Notes under the pieces: generated by a model
The model's input: the letters and a program-made list of their open reading frames with translations, nothing else
What the model was told of the DNA's origin: nothing
The model's database searches: none
Assembly (NCBI GenBank): GCA_051888935.1
Contig: JBJFCL010000001.1
Location: 2,852-66,851 of the forward strand
Source of the DNA: Candidatus Caccovivens sp.
GTDB taxonomy: Bacteria > Bacillota > Clostridia > Christensenellales > UBA1242
Length of the DNA: 64,000 nucleotides
Reading direction: 5' to 3'
Shown: positions 19,962-30,297 of the stretch, one piece after another
Numbering within the stretch: the first letter of the stretch is position 1
How the letters are laid out: every line of letters begins with the position of its first letter
Program-made: the position numbers and the translations under genes

Positions 19962-20471
19962 ATGGCTAACGATAAATTGGGCAGACCTTCAAAAGAAAGA
20001 AACGCAATGCTTCGTGGACAAGTTTCCACTCTTCTTTGGAATGGTAAAATTGAGACCACACTTGCCAAAGCAAAATCAACTGCAAGAATGGCAGAAAAGA
20101 TTTTGACTCTTGCTATCAACTCTTATGAAGACACCGTTAAAGTTGAAAAAGAAGTTAAAGGTGCTGACGGCAAGAAAGTAAAGAAAGAAGTTCTCAACGA
20201 TGGACCAAAGAAATTGAATGCAAGAAGAAAGATTATGGGTTATGTTTACGATTTGCAAGAACAAAGAAAACATAAGGAATCAATCACTGCATATAAAGCA
20301 CGCGTTGAAGGAATCAATCACCCACTTCTTGAAAAGATTTTCAATGTTTATGCACCAAAATATGCTGAACGCGCTAAACAAGTTGGACAGGGCGGTGGAT
20401 ACACACGCGTTATCAAACTTGGCAAGCGTGTTGGTGACAATGCTGACATGGCTATTGTTGAATTGGTCTAA
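19962..20471 (+). CDS. rplQ: 50S ribosomal protein L17, long form (169 aa)
   Basis: KLGRPSKERNAMLRG N-terminus and GGGYTRVIKLGKRVGDNADMAIVELV C-terminus, with an internal insertion of about 45 aa. Confidence 0.93.
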   Translation: MANDKLGRPSKERNAMLRGQVSTLLWNGKIETTLAKAKSTARMAEKILTLAINSYEDTVKVEKEVKGADGKKVKKEVLNDGPKKLNARRKIMGYVYDLQEQRKHKESITAYKARVEGINHPLLEKIFNVYAPKYAERAKQVGQGGGYTRVIKLGKRVGDNADMAIVELV

Positions 20472-20500
20472 TAAAAAGATAATCTGACTTAATAAATATT

Positions 20501-20530
20501 AAAAAAATCTCTAATATTAGAGATTTTTTT
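20501..20530 (+). terminator. Intrinsic terminator ending the alpha operon
   Basis: A7, palindrome TCTCTAAT/ATTAGAGA (20508-20523), T7. Confidence 0.7.
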
Positions 20531-20739
20531 ATTTGTATTTATTATTTTTCTCTTTTTATTATTATTTACTTTATTTTTTAATTATTTTTCCATGTTTATT
20601 TTTATAATTCGACCAAAAAATTATAGGCATGTTGTTATTAAACAAAAATATAATAAGACAGAGAAACTACATTAATCTATATGCTGTTTTTGCAGTAAAA
20701 ACTTTTCGCAAAAAAAGTTAATATTTCATATACAAAAAT

Positions 20740-21609
20740 ATGTTTGATGAATTTGAATATAAAAAAAATGAAAAATTAAGCAATTATTCCACAGTAAAAA
20801 TCGGGGGAATGGCAGATTATATTATTTTTCCAAAAAATATTTTGGAAATTAAAAAAATATTAAAAATAATCAAAAAAAATAATTTAAAATATTTTATTTT
20901 GGGAAATGGAAGCAATGTTTTATTTTCTGATGAGGGATATCGAGGCGTTATAATTTCGCTCAAAAAAATCAATAATATTAAGCGCTATGGAGATTGCGTG
21001 AGAGTGGGTGCTGGTTGTAACTTGTTTGCGCTTAATTTGAAGTTGAAAGAGATGGGACTGTCAGGATTTGAGTGGTCTTTTGGAATTCCTGCTACTTTGG
21101 GCGGAATGTTGTATATGAATGGCGGAAGTTTCGGACATGAGATTTGTGAGTTTGTGCAAGAAGTTGTTATTTTGCAAGACGACAAAATAAAACGACTAAA
21201 AAAAGAACAGCTTGAATTTGGATATAGAAAGTCAAGTTTGCAAAACTGCATTATTTTGAGTGCAAAATTGCAATTTTTCCCACAAAAAAGTGAAGAAATT
21301 GCAAAAAATATGCAAGAAAATTTAAACAAAAAGAAAAATACACAGCCAATGGATTTTCCTTCACTTGGCAGTGTGTTTAAAATTATAAAAACTGAGCCAC
21401 CAATTTACCCTGCCAAAATAATTGACAACTTGGGGCTTAAAGGTGTTAAAATAGGAGGAGCAGAGGTCTCAACCAAGCATGCTGGTTTTATCATAAATGC
21501 TGGCGGTGCAAAGAGTGCTGATTTTGTGGCACTTATGATGTTTTTAAAGCAAAAACTTGCTCAAAACGGCATCGAGGTTGAATCTGAAATTATTGTTTTG
21601 CAGGAGTAG
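20740..21609 (+). CDS. murB: UDP-N-acetylenolpyruvoylglucosamine reductase
   Basis: LSNYSTVKIGGMADYIIFP and GNGSNVLFSD motifs. No Shine-Dalgarno upstream. Confidence 0.88.
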   Translation: MFDEFEYKKNEKLSNYSTVKIGGMADYIIFPKNILEIKKILKIIKKNNLKYFILGNGSNVLFSDEGYRGVIISLKKINNIKRYGDCVRVGAGCNLFALNLKLKEMGLSGFEWSFGIPATLGGMLYMNGGSFGHEICEFVQEVVILQDDKIKRLKKEQLEFGYRKSSLQNCIILSAKLQFFPQKSEEIAKNMQENLNKKKNTQPMDFPSLGSVFKIIKTEPPIYPAKIIDNLGLKGVKIGGAEVSTKHAGFIINAGGAKSADFVALMMFLKQKLAQNGIEVESEIIVLQE

Positions 21610-21611
21610 TT

Positions 21612-22046
21612 GTGAAAACGGTTGTGCAAGTTGTTTCGCAGGCAAGTTTGTCTGTTGATGGAAAAATTGTAAGCAAAATTGGACAAGGTCTCGTAGTCTT
21701 TTTTTGCGTTGAAAAAGACGATATTGAAGAAAAATTGCAGTTTTTTGCAAAAAAATTACCCAATTTACGCGTTTTTCCTGATCAAAATGGAAAAACAAAT
21801 CTTTCTGTGAAAGATGTGGGTGGTGAGATTTTGTTTGTTTCACAATTTACTTTGGCTGGTGACTGTGACCATGGATATCGTCCAAGTTTTACTTTGGCAG
21901 AAGAACCAACGCGGGCAAAAGCGTTATACGAAAAATTGGGCAAATTGTTGGAAGAAGAAGTTCCAATCAAATATGGTGTCTTTGGTGCCGATATGAAAAT
22001 CACGCAGATAAATGAAGGGCCTTTTACCATCATTTTGCAAAAATAA
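21612..22046 (+). CDS. dtd: D-aminoacyl-tRNA deacylase
   Basis: GTG start after AGGAG. VSQFTLAGD...GYRPSF motif. Confidence 0.9.
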   Translation: MKTVVQVVSQASLSVDGKIVSKIGQGLVVFFCVEKDDIEEKLQFFAKKLPNLRVFPDQNGKTNLSVKDVGGEILFVSQFTLAGDCDHGYRPSFTLAEEPTRAKALYEKLGKLLEEEVPIKYGVFGADMKITQINEGPFTIILQK

Positions 22047-22131
22047 ATTGTAAAATTTTGATTATTTGATTAGTCTTAAAAGACTTGTAAAAAGTTTATA
22101 AAACTGATAAAATAATCATTAAGGAGTTATT

Positions 22132-22896
22132 ATGCTTTTATATGGAGATTATCACACACATACCACATATTCAAGACACAACCATGGGAAAGGAACTGTG
22201 CTTGAAAATGCTTCTGTTGCTGCCGATAAAGGCTTGAAACAAATTGCAATCACAGACCATGGTTTTAATCACGAATGTTATGGCATTAGAAGAAAAAATA
22301 TTCCACAACTGCAAGAAGATATATTAAACGCCAGAGAAATCACTGGTGTGGATATTTTGCTTGGAGTGGAATCCAATCTCATTTCTCTTGATGGACATAT
22401 TGATGTCAAAGAAGAGGATTTTGAGTTTTTGGATATTCTACTTATGGGTTATCATAAACTTGTGAACACAGAAAAATTCAAAGATAAAATCCTTTTAAAT
22501 TGGGCAAACGCTTTTGATAAAATTTTTAGACCAAGCAAAGAGAGAATAAATCGTAATACAACTGCTTTTTTGAAGGCATTGGACAAATATCCTATTGATG
22601 TTATTACGCACCTCAATTACGGCTTCCAAACAGACACTATTGCAGTGGCAAAGATGGCAAAACAGAAAGGTGTTTTTGTGGAACTCAATGGCAAGCGCAT
22701 AAATTTCACCGAAGAAGAGATTGAAATAATGAAGAGCGAAGGGGTGAAGTTTATTGTCAATTCCGATGCTCATAAACCTGAAAGGGTTGGCGAAGTCAAC
22801 AATGGTATGAATTTGATTTACAAATACGACATACCACTTTCACAAGTTGTGAATGTTGACAAATTGCCTAAATTCCACAAGAAAAGAGGTTATTAA
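22132..22896 (+). CDS. PHP-domain metal-dependent phosphoesterase
   Basis: GDYHTHTTYS...ITDHG motifs. Confidence 0.7.
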   Translation: MLLYGDYHTHTTYSRHNHGKGTVLENASVAADKGLKQIAITDHGFNHECYGIRRKNIPQLQEDILNAREITGVDILLGVESNLISLDGHIDVKEEDFEFLDILLMGYHKLVNTEKFKDKILLNWANAFDKIFRPSKERINRNTTAFLKALDKYPIDVITHLNYGFQTDTIAVAKMAKQKGVFVELNGKRINFTEEEIEIMKSEGVKFIVNSDAHKPERVGEVNNGMNLIYKYDIPLSQVVNVDKLPKFHKKRGY

Positions 22897-22898
22897 AA

Positions 22899-23864
22899 GT
22901 GAGTTTTTCCCGTAGTTCGAAAGAAGAAATTTTGCAAAATATGTTTGAAGATGACGCTTGCGCCATCTCGTTTTTATCGGGTCTTTTTCGTTCTTGCGGA
23001 GAAATTTCCAAAAATGGAAGCAAAATTTTTGTTAAAATTATTTCTGATGTTGAAAAACTCGGGGATTTTGTGCAAAAAATAATAAAAAAATTGTATGGTA
23101 ATGAAATAGTCATAGAAATTGGCGAAAATTATTCCATTTCCAAAAACACAACATATGAACTTTCTTTTGAAGTGGAAAAATTCAAACAACTTTTGTTGGA
23201 CACAGGAGTTATTGATTTTGACGAAAATGGAATGACTTTCAACACAAACATAGACAAAAATCTTTTGCTTGAAGATGAGACAAGAAGAGCGTTTATAAAA
23301 GGTGTTTATGTTGGCGCAAGCACTTCCAGCATCAAACTTTCAAGTGACACAGCACAGAGTTGTGGCTCGGGCTATCATATGGAATTTGTGCACCCAAACC
23401 ATCAATTTTTGTTGGATTTTTCAGCAATTCTTGCGGAATATAACATTATTGGCAAGATTTTTTTCCGAAAAAATGTTTATGTGTTGTATGTCAAAGATGT
23501 CAACACCATTCAAGATTTGTTGGCACTTGTGGGGGCAAACAATGCTGTTCTTGCAATTGCAAACGAAATGGTGACGCGTGAACTTCGAAACAAAGTCAAT
23601 CGTCAGGTCAACTGCATCAACGCAAACATCAACAAGACGGTGGAAGCAAGTCTTAAACAAGTTCAGGCAATTAACACCATCATAAATACGATTGGACTTG
23701 AAAGTTTGTCAGAAGATTTGCAAGAAGTTGCTGTTCTTAGATTGGCAAATCAAGAGGAGAGTTTGGAAGAACTTTTAAAACTTTCGACAATAAAACTTAC
23801 GCGTTCAGGACTCAATCATCGTTTTAGAAAATTGATTAAAATTGCAAACACTTTGGAGGAATAA
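22899..23864 (+). CDS. whiA: DNA-binding protein WhiA
   Basis: GTG start. SFSRSSKEEIL and FLSGLFRSCGEIS (degenerate LAGLIDADG scaffold) plus a C-terminal HTH region. Confidence 0.7.
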   Translation: MSFSRSSKEEILQNMFEDDACAISFLSGLFRSCGEISKNGSKIFVKIISDVEKLGDFVQKIIKKLYGNEIVIEIGENYSISKNTTYELSFEVEKFKQLLLDTGVIDFDENGMTFNTNIDKNLLLEDETRRAFIKGVYVGASTSSIKLSSDTAQSCGSGYHMEFVHPNHQFLLDFSAILAEYNIIGKIFFRKNVYVLYVKDVNTIQDLLALVGANNAVLAIANEMVTRELRNKVNRQVNCINANINKTVEASLKQVQAINTIINTIGLESLSEDLQEVAVLRLANQEESLEELLKLSTIKLTRSGLNHRFRKLIKIANTLEE

Positions 23865-26800
23865 TGGGAGAATTTGTTCATCTTCATGTACATACTGAAT
23901 ATTCACTTTTGGACGGAATTGCCAGAATTCCAAAACTGGTGGAAATTGCCAAAGAGAGAGGTTCTCGTGCTGTGGCAATCACTGACCATGGCAATATGTA
24001 TGGCACACTTCAATTTTTTGAGAAATGCATAACAAGTGGAATTAAGCCTATTCTTGGCTGTGAGTTTTATATCTGCAATGACCTTCATCGCAAACAAGGA
24101 AAAGATGACATTGGTCACCTTGTGCTTCTTGCCAAAAATGATGAGGGATTTCACAACCTATTGAAACTCAACGAAATTGCTTTTTGCGAAGGATTTTATT
24201 ACAAACCTAGAATTGATTACAAGGTTTTGCAAGAACACAGCAAGGGTGTGATTTGCCTTTCAGCTTGCCTTGCAGGGCATATTCCACAATTTATTTTGCA
24301 ACGCCGTTTTGATGAGGCAGAGGCACTTATTTTGAAACTTAATTCCATGTTTGAGGCAGGGGATTTTTATCTTGAAATTCAAAATCATGGGATTCCAGAA
24401 CAAAAACTTGTCAATCAGTTTTTGGCAGAGATGTCAAAAAAACACAATATCAAAATGGTGGCAACCAACGACGCACATTATCTCAACAAAGAAGACGCAG
24501 AGATGCAAGATGTTTTGATGTGCGTTCAGATGGGCAAGTTTTTGGACGATCCTGACCGAATGAAGTTTTCTACTGATGAATTTTATTTAAAAACCTACGA
24601 TGAGATGAAAGAAGCGATGGCAGGCTATGAAGAGGCGTTGGACACGACTTTGGAAATCGCCGACAAATGCAATGTGACCATCAAAACCAAATCCTTGGCA
24701 GAAGTTTTTGAAGTTCCAGAAAAATACAAATTGCCTAGTTCACAAAACTACATTCCAGTTTATCGTCCAAGCACTGGTGAAGAACCTTATGATTTTTTAC
24801 GCCGTATTTCCTTTGAAGGCTTGCATAGAAATTACAAAGAAATCACCCAAGAACTTTTGGATAGATTGGAAATGGAATTGGGCATTATTAAAGAACAAGG
24901 TTTCGTGGAATATTTCTTGATTGTTTGGGATTACATTCATTATGCTGAAAGTCAAGGCATTCCTGTTGGGCCAGGTCGTGGAAGCGGTGCAGGAAGTTTG
25001 GTCGCTTATTGCTCTGGAATCACTAAGGTTGACCCGATGAGATATCGTTTGTTCTTTGAAAGATTTATCAATCGTGAAAGAGTTTCCATGCCCGATTTTG
25101 ATGTCGACTTTTGTACAGATAGACGCCCAGAAGTTATTGAATATGTCAAACGTCGTTATGGAATTGACCATGTGGCAAACATTGTCACATTTGGTTGTAT
25201 GCAAGCAAAAAACGCTATTCGAGATGTTGGCAGAGTGATGAGAGTTCCAAATACAGAAGTTATGAAACTCACAAAACTCATTCCAAACAAATTGCCAGAC
25301 GGAATAAAAAAACCTCCTGTGCTCAAATATTATTTTGGCACAACAGGAAAACCTGAAAATGATAAATACATCATTCCTGAACTTCGTGAACTTTATGACA
25401 ATGACGAAAGTATCAAAAAAATCATTGACATAGCCATCAAACTTGAAGGTGCTCCAAGAAACACTTCCACTCATGCGTGCGGTGTGTTGATTGCTCCTTC
25501 ACCAGTGTCTGACTATGTTCCAGTGGCAGTGTCTGAGGGCGACCGTGTGACGCAATATAACATGATTGAACTTGAACACATGGGACTTTTAAAAATGGAC
25601 TTTTTGGGTCTTATTACGCTCACAGATATCAAAAAAGCTTGCGATTATATTTACGAAAATCGTGGAATAAAAGTTGATTTCTACAATGGAATGGAATACA
25701 ACGACCCAAATGTTTACGAAATGCTCTCTGCTGGCAAGACTGACGCGGTTTTCCAACTTGAAAGTGCTGGTTTTAAGAAGTTTATGAAAGAACTAAAACC
25801 AAACTGTCTTGACGATATTATCGCTGGTGTGGCACTTTATCGTCCCGGTCCAATGGATTTTATTCCAACTTTCGTGCGAAACAAACAAGACCCTTCGCAA
25901 GTGGTTTATGATGACCCTTGTCTTGAAGATATTTTGGACGTTACTTATGGCTGTATTGTTTATCAAGAACAAGTTATGAAAATCTTCCAGGTTATGGGAG
26001 GTTACAACCTCGGACAAGCGGACAATGTGCGCCGTATTATGGGCAAAAAGCAACTGGACAAGATTGACAAAGAACGCGTCAAGTTTATTGATGGTTGGGA
26101 AGACCCTGAGGGAAAGAAAAGTATTCCTGGTGCTGTCAAACTTGGTCATAAGCGTGAGGTTGCTGAAAAAATATTCAACGAAATGAAGGAATTTGCGAAA
26201 TACGCTTTCAACAAATCTCATGCAGCGGCATATGCGTATGTTTCATATCAAACAGCATATTTAAAATATTATTATGAGACCGAATTTTTGACAGCAATTT
26301 TAAACAACCGCATCACAAATGCAGATAAGTTGCAACATTATGTGACCTTTGCACGAAGTGAAGGTATTGAAGTTCTTCCCCCAGATGTCAACAAGAGTTA
26401 TTCTTATTTCCATGTTGAAGGGAAAGCAATCCGATTTGGGCTTGGCGGACTTAAACATGTTGGAACAGGTGTGACAGACCTCATTATTAAAGAAAGAGAA
26501 GAAAATGGATTATATTCAAGTTTTGAGGACTTTATTACGCGTGCAGTTGGCGTTGGAGTAAACAAAAAAGCGATTGAGTGTTTGATTTTGAGTGGAGCGT
26601 TTGACAATTTTGGAAAGGCTCGTTCACAATATATGGCAGTTTATGAAAAGATTGTTGATCGTGCTGTCAAAGACAAAAAGATGGGAAAAATTGGACAAAT
26701 TTCATTCTTTGGCGAAAAACAAATTGAAGACACCACAACTTATCCAGATATCAAAGAGTTTAACAAAAAAACCAAACTCAAATATGAAAGAGAAATTGTT

Positions 26801-27451
26801 GGTGTTTATATGTCTGGACACCCACTTCAAGATTATGTCAAAAAATTTGACGACTTCAATCTAAATTCGGAGATGTTGATGCAAAATGAAACAGAAGAGA
26901 CCGGCGAAGAAGATGAGGATATGCAAATTTCAGGCGAACCAAATTTGGAGGACGGACAATCATTTGTTTGCGGTGGAATTATCACTGAGGTCAATCGCAA
27001 ACGCATTAAAACAGGCAGAGAGATGTGTTATATCAAGTTGGAAGATTTGAAAGGTACACTTGAAATTACTTTCTTCCCGAATTCATTTGCGAAATATCGC
27101 AATTTAATTGAAGAGGACAACTTGGTCACAATCAAAGGACGAATCAATATTCGTGATGGAATGGCACCAAGTGCAGTTGGAGAAGTTGTCATTTTATGGA
27201 AAGACGAGGAGGCAAAAGCAGAGAAACAACAAACAAAAGAGCGTCTTTGCTTGCGATTTGACACAAAAGACCCAGATGTTTATAGCAAGGTCAAAAATTC
27301 AATAGCGTCCTATCCAGGAGAAACACAAGTGGTGATTAAATGCACATCTTCAAACAAAAGTTTTGTTTATCAGCAAACTGTCAAAATAAACAACTATCTT
27401 TTAAATGAACTCAGTGGAATCATAGGAAACGAAAACATTGTTGTTCAATAA
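23864..27451 (+). CDS. dnaE: DNA polymerase III alpha subunit (DnaE type)
   Basis: 1195 aa. N-terminal PHP motif FVHLHVHTEYSLLDG. Catalytic region PDFDVDF. Confidence 0.95.
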   Translation: MGEFVHLHVHTEYSLLDGIARIPKLVEIAKERGSRAVAITDHGNMYGTLQFFEKCITSGIKPILGCEFYICNDLHRKQGKDDIGHLVLLAKNDEGFHNLLKLNEIAFCEGFYYKPRIDYKVLQEHSKGVICLSACLAGHIPQFILQRRFDEAEALILKLNSMFEAGDFYLEIQNHGIPEQKLVNQFLAEMSKKHNIKMVATNDAHYLNKEDAEMQDVLMCVQMGKFLDDPDRMKFSTDEFYLKTYDEMKEAMAGYEEALDTTLEIADKCNVTIKTKSLAEVFEVPEKYKLPSSQNYIPVYRPSTGEEPYDFLRRISFEGLHRNYKEITQELLDRLEMELGIIKEQGFVEYFLIVWDYIHYAESQGIPVGPGRGSGAGSLVAYCSGITKVDPMRYRLFFERFINRERVSMPDFDVDFCTDRRPEVIEYVKRRYGIDHVANIVTFGCMQAKNAIRDVGRVMRVPNTEVMKLTKLIPNKLPDGIKKPPVLKYYFGTTGKPENDKYIIPELRELYDNDESIKKIIDIAIKLEGAPRNTSTHACGVLIAPSPVSDYVPVAVSEGDRVTQYNMIELEHMGLLKMDFLGLITLTDIKKACDYIYENRGIKVDFYNGMEYNDPNVYEMLSAGKTDAVFQLESAGFKKFMKELKPNCLDDIIAGVALYRPGPMDFIPTFVRNKQDPSQVVYDDPCLEDILDVTYGCIVYQEQVMKIFQVMGGYNLGQADNVRRIMGKKQLDKIDKERVKFIDGWEDPEGKKSIPGAVKLGHKREVAEKIFNEMKEFAKYAFNKSHAAAYAYVSYQTAYLKYYYETEFLTAILNNRITNADKLQHYVTFARSEGIEVLPPDVNKSYSYFHVEGKAIRFGLGGLKHVGTGVTDLIIKEREENGLYSSFEDFITRAVGVGVNKKAIECLILSGAFDNFGKARSQYMAVYEKIVDRAVKDKKMGKIGQISFFGEKQIEDTTTYPDIKEFNKKTKLKYEREIVGVYMSGHPLQDYVKKFDDFNLNSEMLMQNETEETGEEDEDMQISGEPNLEDGQSFVCGGIITEVNRKRIKTGREMCYIKLEDLKGTLEITFFPNSFAKYRNLIEEDNLVTIKGRINIRDGMAPSAVGEVVILWKDEEAKAEKQQTKERLCLRFDTKDPDVYSKVKNSIASYPGETQVVIKCTSSNKSFVYQQTVKINNYLLNELSGIIGNENIVVQ

Positions 27452-27478
27452 AAAAGACTGGCAATCAGTCTTTTTTTT
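27452..27478. terminator. Bidirectional intrinsic terminator
   Basis: AGACTG (27455-27460) / CAGTCT (27466-27471) with A-run and T8 flanks, between convergent genes. Confidence 0.7.
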
Positions 27479-28205
27479 ATGAAAACAGTATATTGCAATA
27501 TGTTAGTTTTATTAAAGACGAAAAAGTTTGATTGCTATTTTCAAAATTTTCACAAATAAGATTTGATAGATGATTTTCTGTCGACTTCAAACAGTTGTCA
27601 AGATTTTCAAAAGCACTTTTGTTCAAATCCTTTGAAAAAAGTGTTTCTAAATTTGTTTTTGTGGAAACATGATTTGAAAAAACAGCATTGCATTCCAATT
27701 TTGCTTTTGTTAAATCAAACACCTTTGTATCCAAACTTATGGCTATGTCATACAAACTCTCATACGCCACAAAATTTGCTTTCAAGCAGTTTGATAGGAC
27801 TGTTTTTTCTTCGGCGGAAAAATTGCCTTCAATTTTTTGGCTATTGAGTTTAATACTCAAAATTTCACAATCTACGCCGGAGGATTTGAGGTTGTTTTTA
27901 ACTTTTTCGGCGTCACTTTTGTTTGCATATACACTTGCCAACAAGTAAAATTTTTCATCTTTTTTATAAATGTATCCTGCACCATTTTGCATTTGTAGTT
28001 CGTTTTTTTGCAAGGATAAGTCTTCTTTTTGCTTGCTTGATGACATTGAGATTGCGTAGATAGTTTGTTGTTCGCCTGACAAAGAATTGCTATTTGCAAA
28101 CAGACTTGTGGAAAGCAAAACAGTGGAAATTAAGTATGCACAAGAAATGCAAACGAGAACGCCAATACAAAAAATTGAAAGAGAGAGAATTGAAAATTTT
28201 TTCAT
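27477..28205 (-). CDS. Membrane-anchored protein with a SPOR-like central domain, function unknown
   Basis: N-terminal TM MKKFSILSLSIFCIGVLVCISCAYL. GAGYIYKKDEKFYLLASVYANKSDAEKVKNNLKSSG resembles a SPOR repeat. Confidence 0.5.
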   Translation of the reverse strand: MKKFSILSLSIFCIGVLVCISCAYLISTVLLSTSLFANSNSLSGEQQTIYAISMSSSKQKEDLSLQKNELQMQNGAGYIYKKDEKFYLLASVYANKSDAEKVKNNLKSSGVDCEILSIKLNSQKIEGNFSAEEKTVLSNCLKANFVAYESLYDIAISLDTKVFDLTKAKLECNAVFSNHVSTKTNLETLFSKDLNKSAFENLDNCLKSTENHLSNLICENFENSNQTFSSLIKLTYCNILFS

Positions 28206-28283
28206 GGTTTAATATATTTGTAAAAATTCTTTTATATGCAATTTAAAAAATCTATCAAAATATTTTTATTTTTTTCGCCAGTT

Positions 28284-28292
28284 TGTTATAAT
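28284..28292 (+). promoter_or_regulatory. Extended -10 box placed for a leaderless patatin mRNA
   Basis: TGtTATAAT (28284-28292), then 6 nt to the ATG at 28299. No SD. Confidence 0.45.
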
Positions 28293-28298
28293 AAGACC

Positions 28299-29147
28299 AT
28301 GAAAAACTTTTTGAATTTTTTAAGTAGAAAACCAAAAATTGGTTTGGCTTTTGGAGGCGGTGGTGCAAGAGGATTTTCGCACATCGGAGTTCTGAAAGCA
28401 TTTGAAGAATTTGGCTTGGATTTTGATTATGTTGCAGGCACAAGTGTTGGAAGCATTATTGGGGCAGTTTATTCTGCGGGGCTATCTTCAAAGGATATGT
28501 ATGAAATTGCCAAGGAACTGAAAGTGAAAGATATTCGCACCAACAAACTATTTTTTATGCCGTCAAAAACAGACGGAATTGAAAAACTTTTGACTGACAC
28601 ACTTGGCGATATAAACATAGAGGACCTCAAAAAACCATTTTCGGCGATTGCAGTTGATATTAAAAGCACCAAAGAGGTCTGCATAAGTCATGGCAATTTA
28701 GCAAAAGCGGTTGCAGGAAGTTGTTGTGTTCCTGGAATTTTTCAACCAGTGGAATTTGGCGATAGATTGTTGTGCGATGGAGGGCTTCAAAACACGATAC
28801 CGGCAAATATACCTCGTTACTTTGATTGTGATTATGTGATTGCGGTTGATTGCAACAGCACTCGTACTTATGGCACAGACAGTCAAAAGGTATTGGATGT
28901 TTTGGGTTGTGCAATAAGAGTTTTAATGAAGAGTAATGCAGTCAAAGGTTATGTATGCGCTGATTGCACAATAGCGACGGATAACAAGCGATTCAAATCG
29001 ACGAAGTTGGATGGTATGGACGAGATGATTGAAGAAGGGTACAAAAATGCCATTGATGCCATGCCACAAATTATGAAAATATTTCAAGGGAAAGCACCGA
29101 AGAAAAAATTAAAAGACTTTGATAAGGACGAAATAGATTTTATTTAA
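28299..29147 (+). CDS. Patatin-like phospholipase
   Basis: GGGGARG oxyanion motif, GTSVG nucleophile elbow, DGG dyad motif. Start trimmed to MKNFLNF. Confidence 0.85.
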   Translation: MKNFLNFLSRKPKIGLAFGGGGARGFSHIGVLKAFEEFGLDFDYVAGTSVGSIIGAVYSAGLSSKDMYEIAKELKVKDIRTNKLFFMPSKTDGIEKLLTDTLGDINIEDLKKPFSAIAVDIKSTKEVCISHGNLAKAVAGSCCVPGIFQPVEFGDRLLCDGGLQNTIPANIPRYFDCDYVIAVDCNSTRTYGTDSQKVLDVLGCAIRVLMKSNAVKGYVCADCTIATDNKRFKSTKLDGMDEMIEEGYKNAIDAMPQIMKIFQGKAPKKKLKDFDKDEIDFI

Positions 29148-29150
29148 ATT

Positions 29151-30242
29151 GTGAAAAAATTTAAGAATATGAAATTTAACAAAACACTGTGCATAAATGT
29201 CATTTTAATTGCAATTTTGGTGGCAGTGTTTTGTTTTTTGTTTTTTAATTCTTTTGCACTTGATTTTTATTTAAATGGATTTGGGGATTTGATAAAAAGT
29301 GACTTGCAAGTCTATTTTCTTGATGTTGGGCAAGCAAGTGCAAGTGTGATTATTTTTCCAAATGATGAAACGATGCTTATTGATTGTGGGAGTGAGTCAA
29401 GCAAAGAAAAATTTGTCTCCGATGTAAGTTTCATTTTAAACAAAAATCATCTTTCGAAAATTGATTATCTTTTGCTGACGCACAGCGATGAGGACCATGT
29501 TGGAGGAGCGGTCGAATTGCTGGAAAGATTTGAAGTTAAAAAAATTTTTCGTCCAAAACTTATGTCAACAAGTGAACTGGAAGAAGAAAATATATATGGC
29601 TATAAGACAATTTACACAGATATCTATTCGCAAGTAATCACAGCAGTGCAATCTGAAAGAGCACAAGTTGAATTTGTGAGTGATATGACTTTTTCGGCAG
29701 GAGAAAGTGTTGTCAGCATTTATAGTTGTCAAAAAGAATCATATAGTGATGTCAACTCTTATAGTCCGTTTGTGTTTTTGCAATATGGAGGAAAATCGTT
29801 TTTGTTCACGGGAGATGCAACTTCTGGGCGTGAAAAAGAACTTATTACAAGCGTTCCAACGCTCACAGTTGATTTTTTACAAGTTGCACATCATGGCTCA
29901 AATTACAGCACAACAGATGAATTCCTGTCGACGATAAACGCCCGTTATGCTTTTATCAGTGCAGGAGATCAAAATCATCCCTCACAAAATGTTATTCAAA
30001 GATTAAGTTCTCATGGCGTTGAAGAAATTTATATTTCAAAACTCATTGGACTTGCTGGCGTTGGTGTTGATTCCAGTGGAATTTTTTATATTCATGCCAT
30101 GGTTGATTATTTTGATTATCCTCTATTTTTGGTGCTTTTTAGTGTTTTAATCTTCACTTTGATACAATTCAACATAAATTTTGAAAAATCATCGAAAATT
30201 AACAGATTTCGCAAGAAAAATTTTTTAAGAATGCAAATTTAA
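29151..30242 (+). CDS. ComEC/Rec2-related metallo-beta-lactamase domain protein, membrane anchored (no channel domain)
   Basis: LDVGQASA, LLLTHSDEDHVGG, FTGDA and VAHHGS motifs. TM segments at both ends. Confidence 0.7.
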   Translation: MKKFKNMKFNKTLCINVILIAILVAVFCFLFFNSFALDFYLNGFGDLIKSDLQVYFLDVGQASASVIIFPNDETMLIDCGSESSKEKFVSDVSFILNKNHLSKIDYLLLTHSDEDHVGGAVELLERFEVKKIFRPKLMSTSELEEENIYGYKTIYTDIYSQVITAVQSERAQVEFVSDMTFSAGESVVSIYSCQKESYSDVNSYSPFVFLQYGGKSFLFTGDATSGREKELITSVPTLTVDFLQVAHHGSNYSTTDEFLSTINARYAFISAGDQNHPSQNVIQRLSSHGVEEIYISKLIGLAGVGVDSSGIFYIHAMVDYFDYPLFLVLFSVLIFTLIQFNINFEKSSKINRFRKKNFLRMQI

Positions 30243-30282
30243 AAGAAATGTCAAAAAAAATTTTTGTATTAGAGCAAGTTTG

Positions 30283-30291
30283 TGCTAAAAT
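30283..30291 (+). promoter_or_regulatory. Extended -10 box placed for a leaderless mRNA
   Basis: TGcTAAAAT (30283-30291), then 6 nt to the ATG at 30298. TTGTAT at 30264-30269. Confidence 0.45.
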
Positions 30292-30297
30292 AAACTT

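Noticed and set aside
20531-20739. AT-rich tract after rplQ, considered as an L17 downstream RNA element or a hidden small gene.
   Set aside because: I could find no stable helices or ORF with an RBS. The composition is almost pure A/T runs, which fits a promoter or spacer region better.
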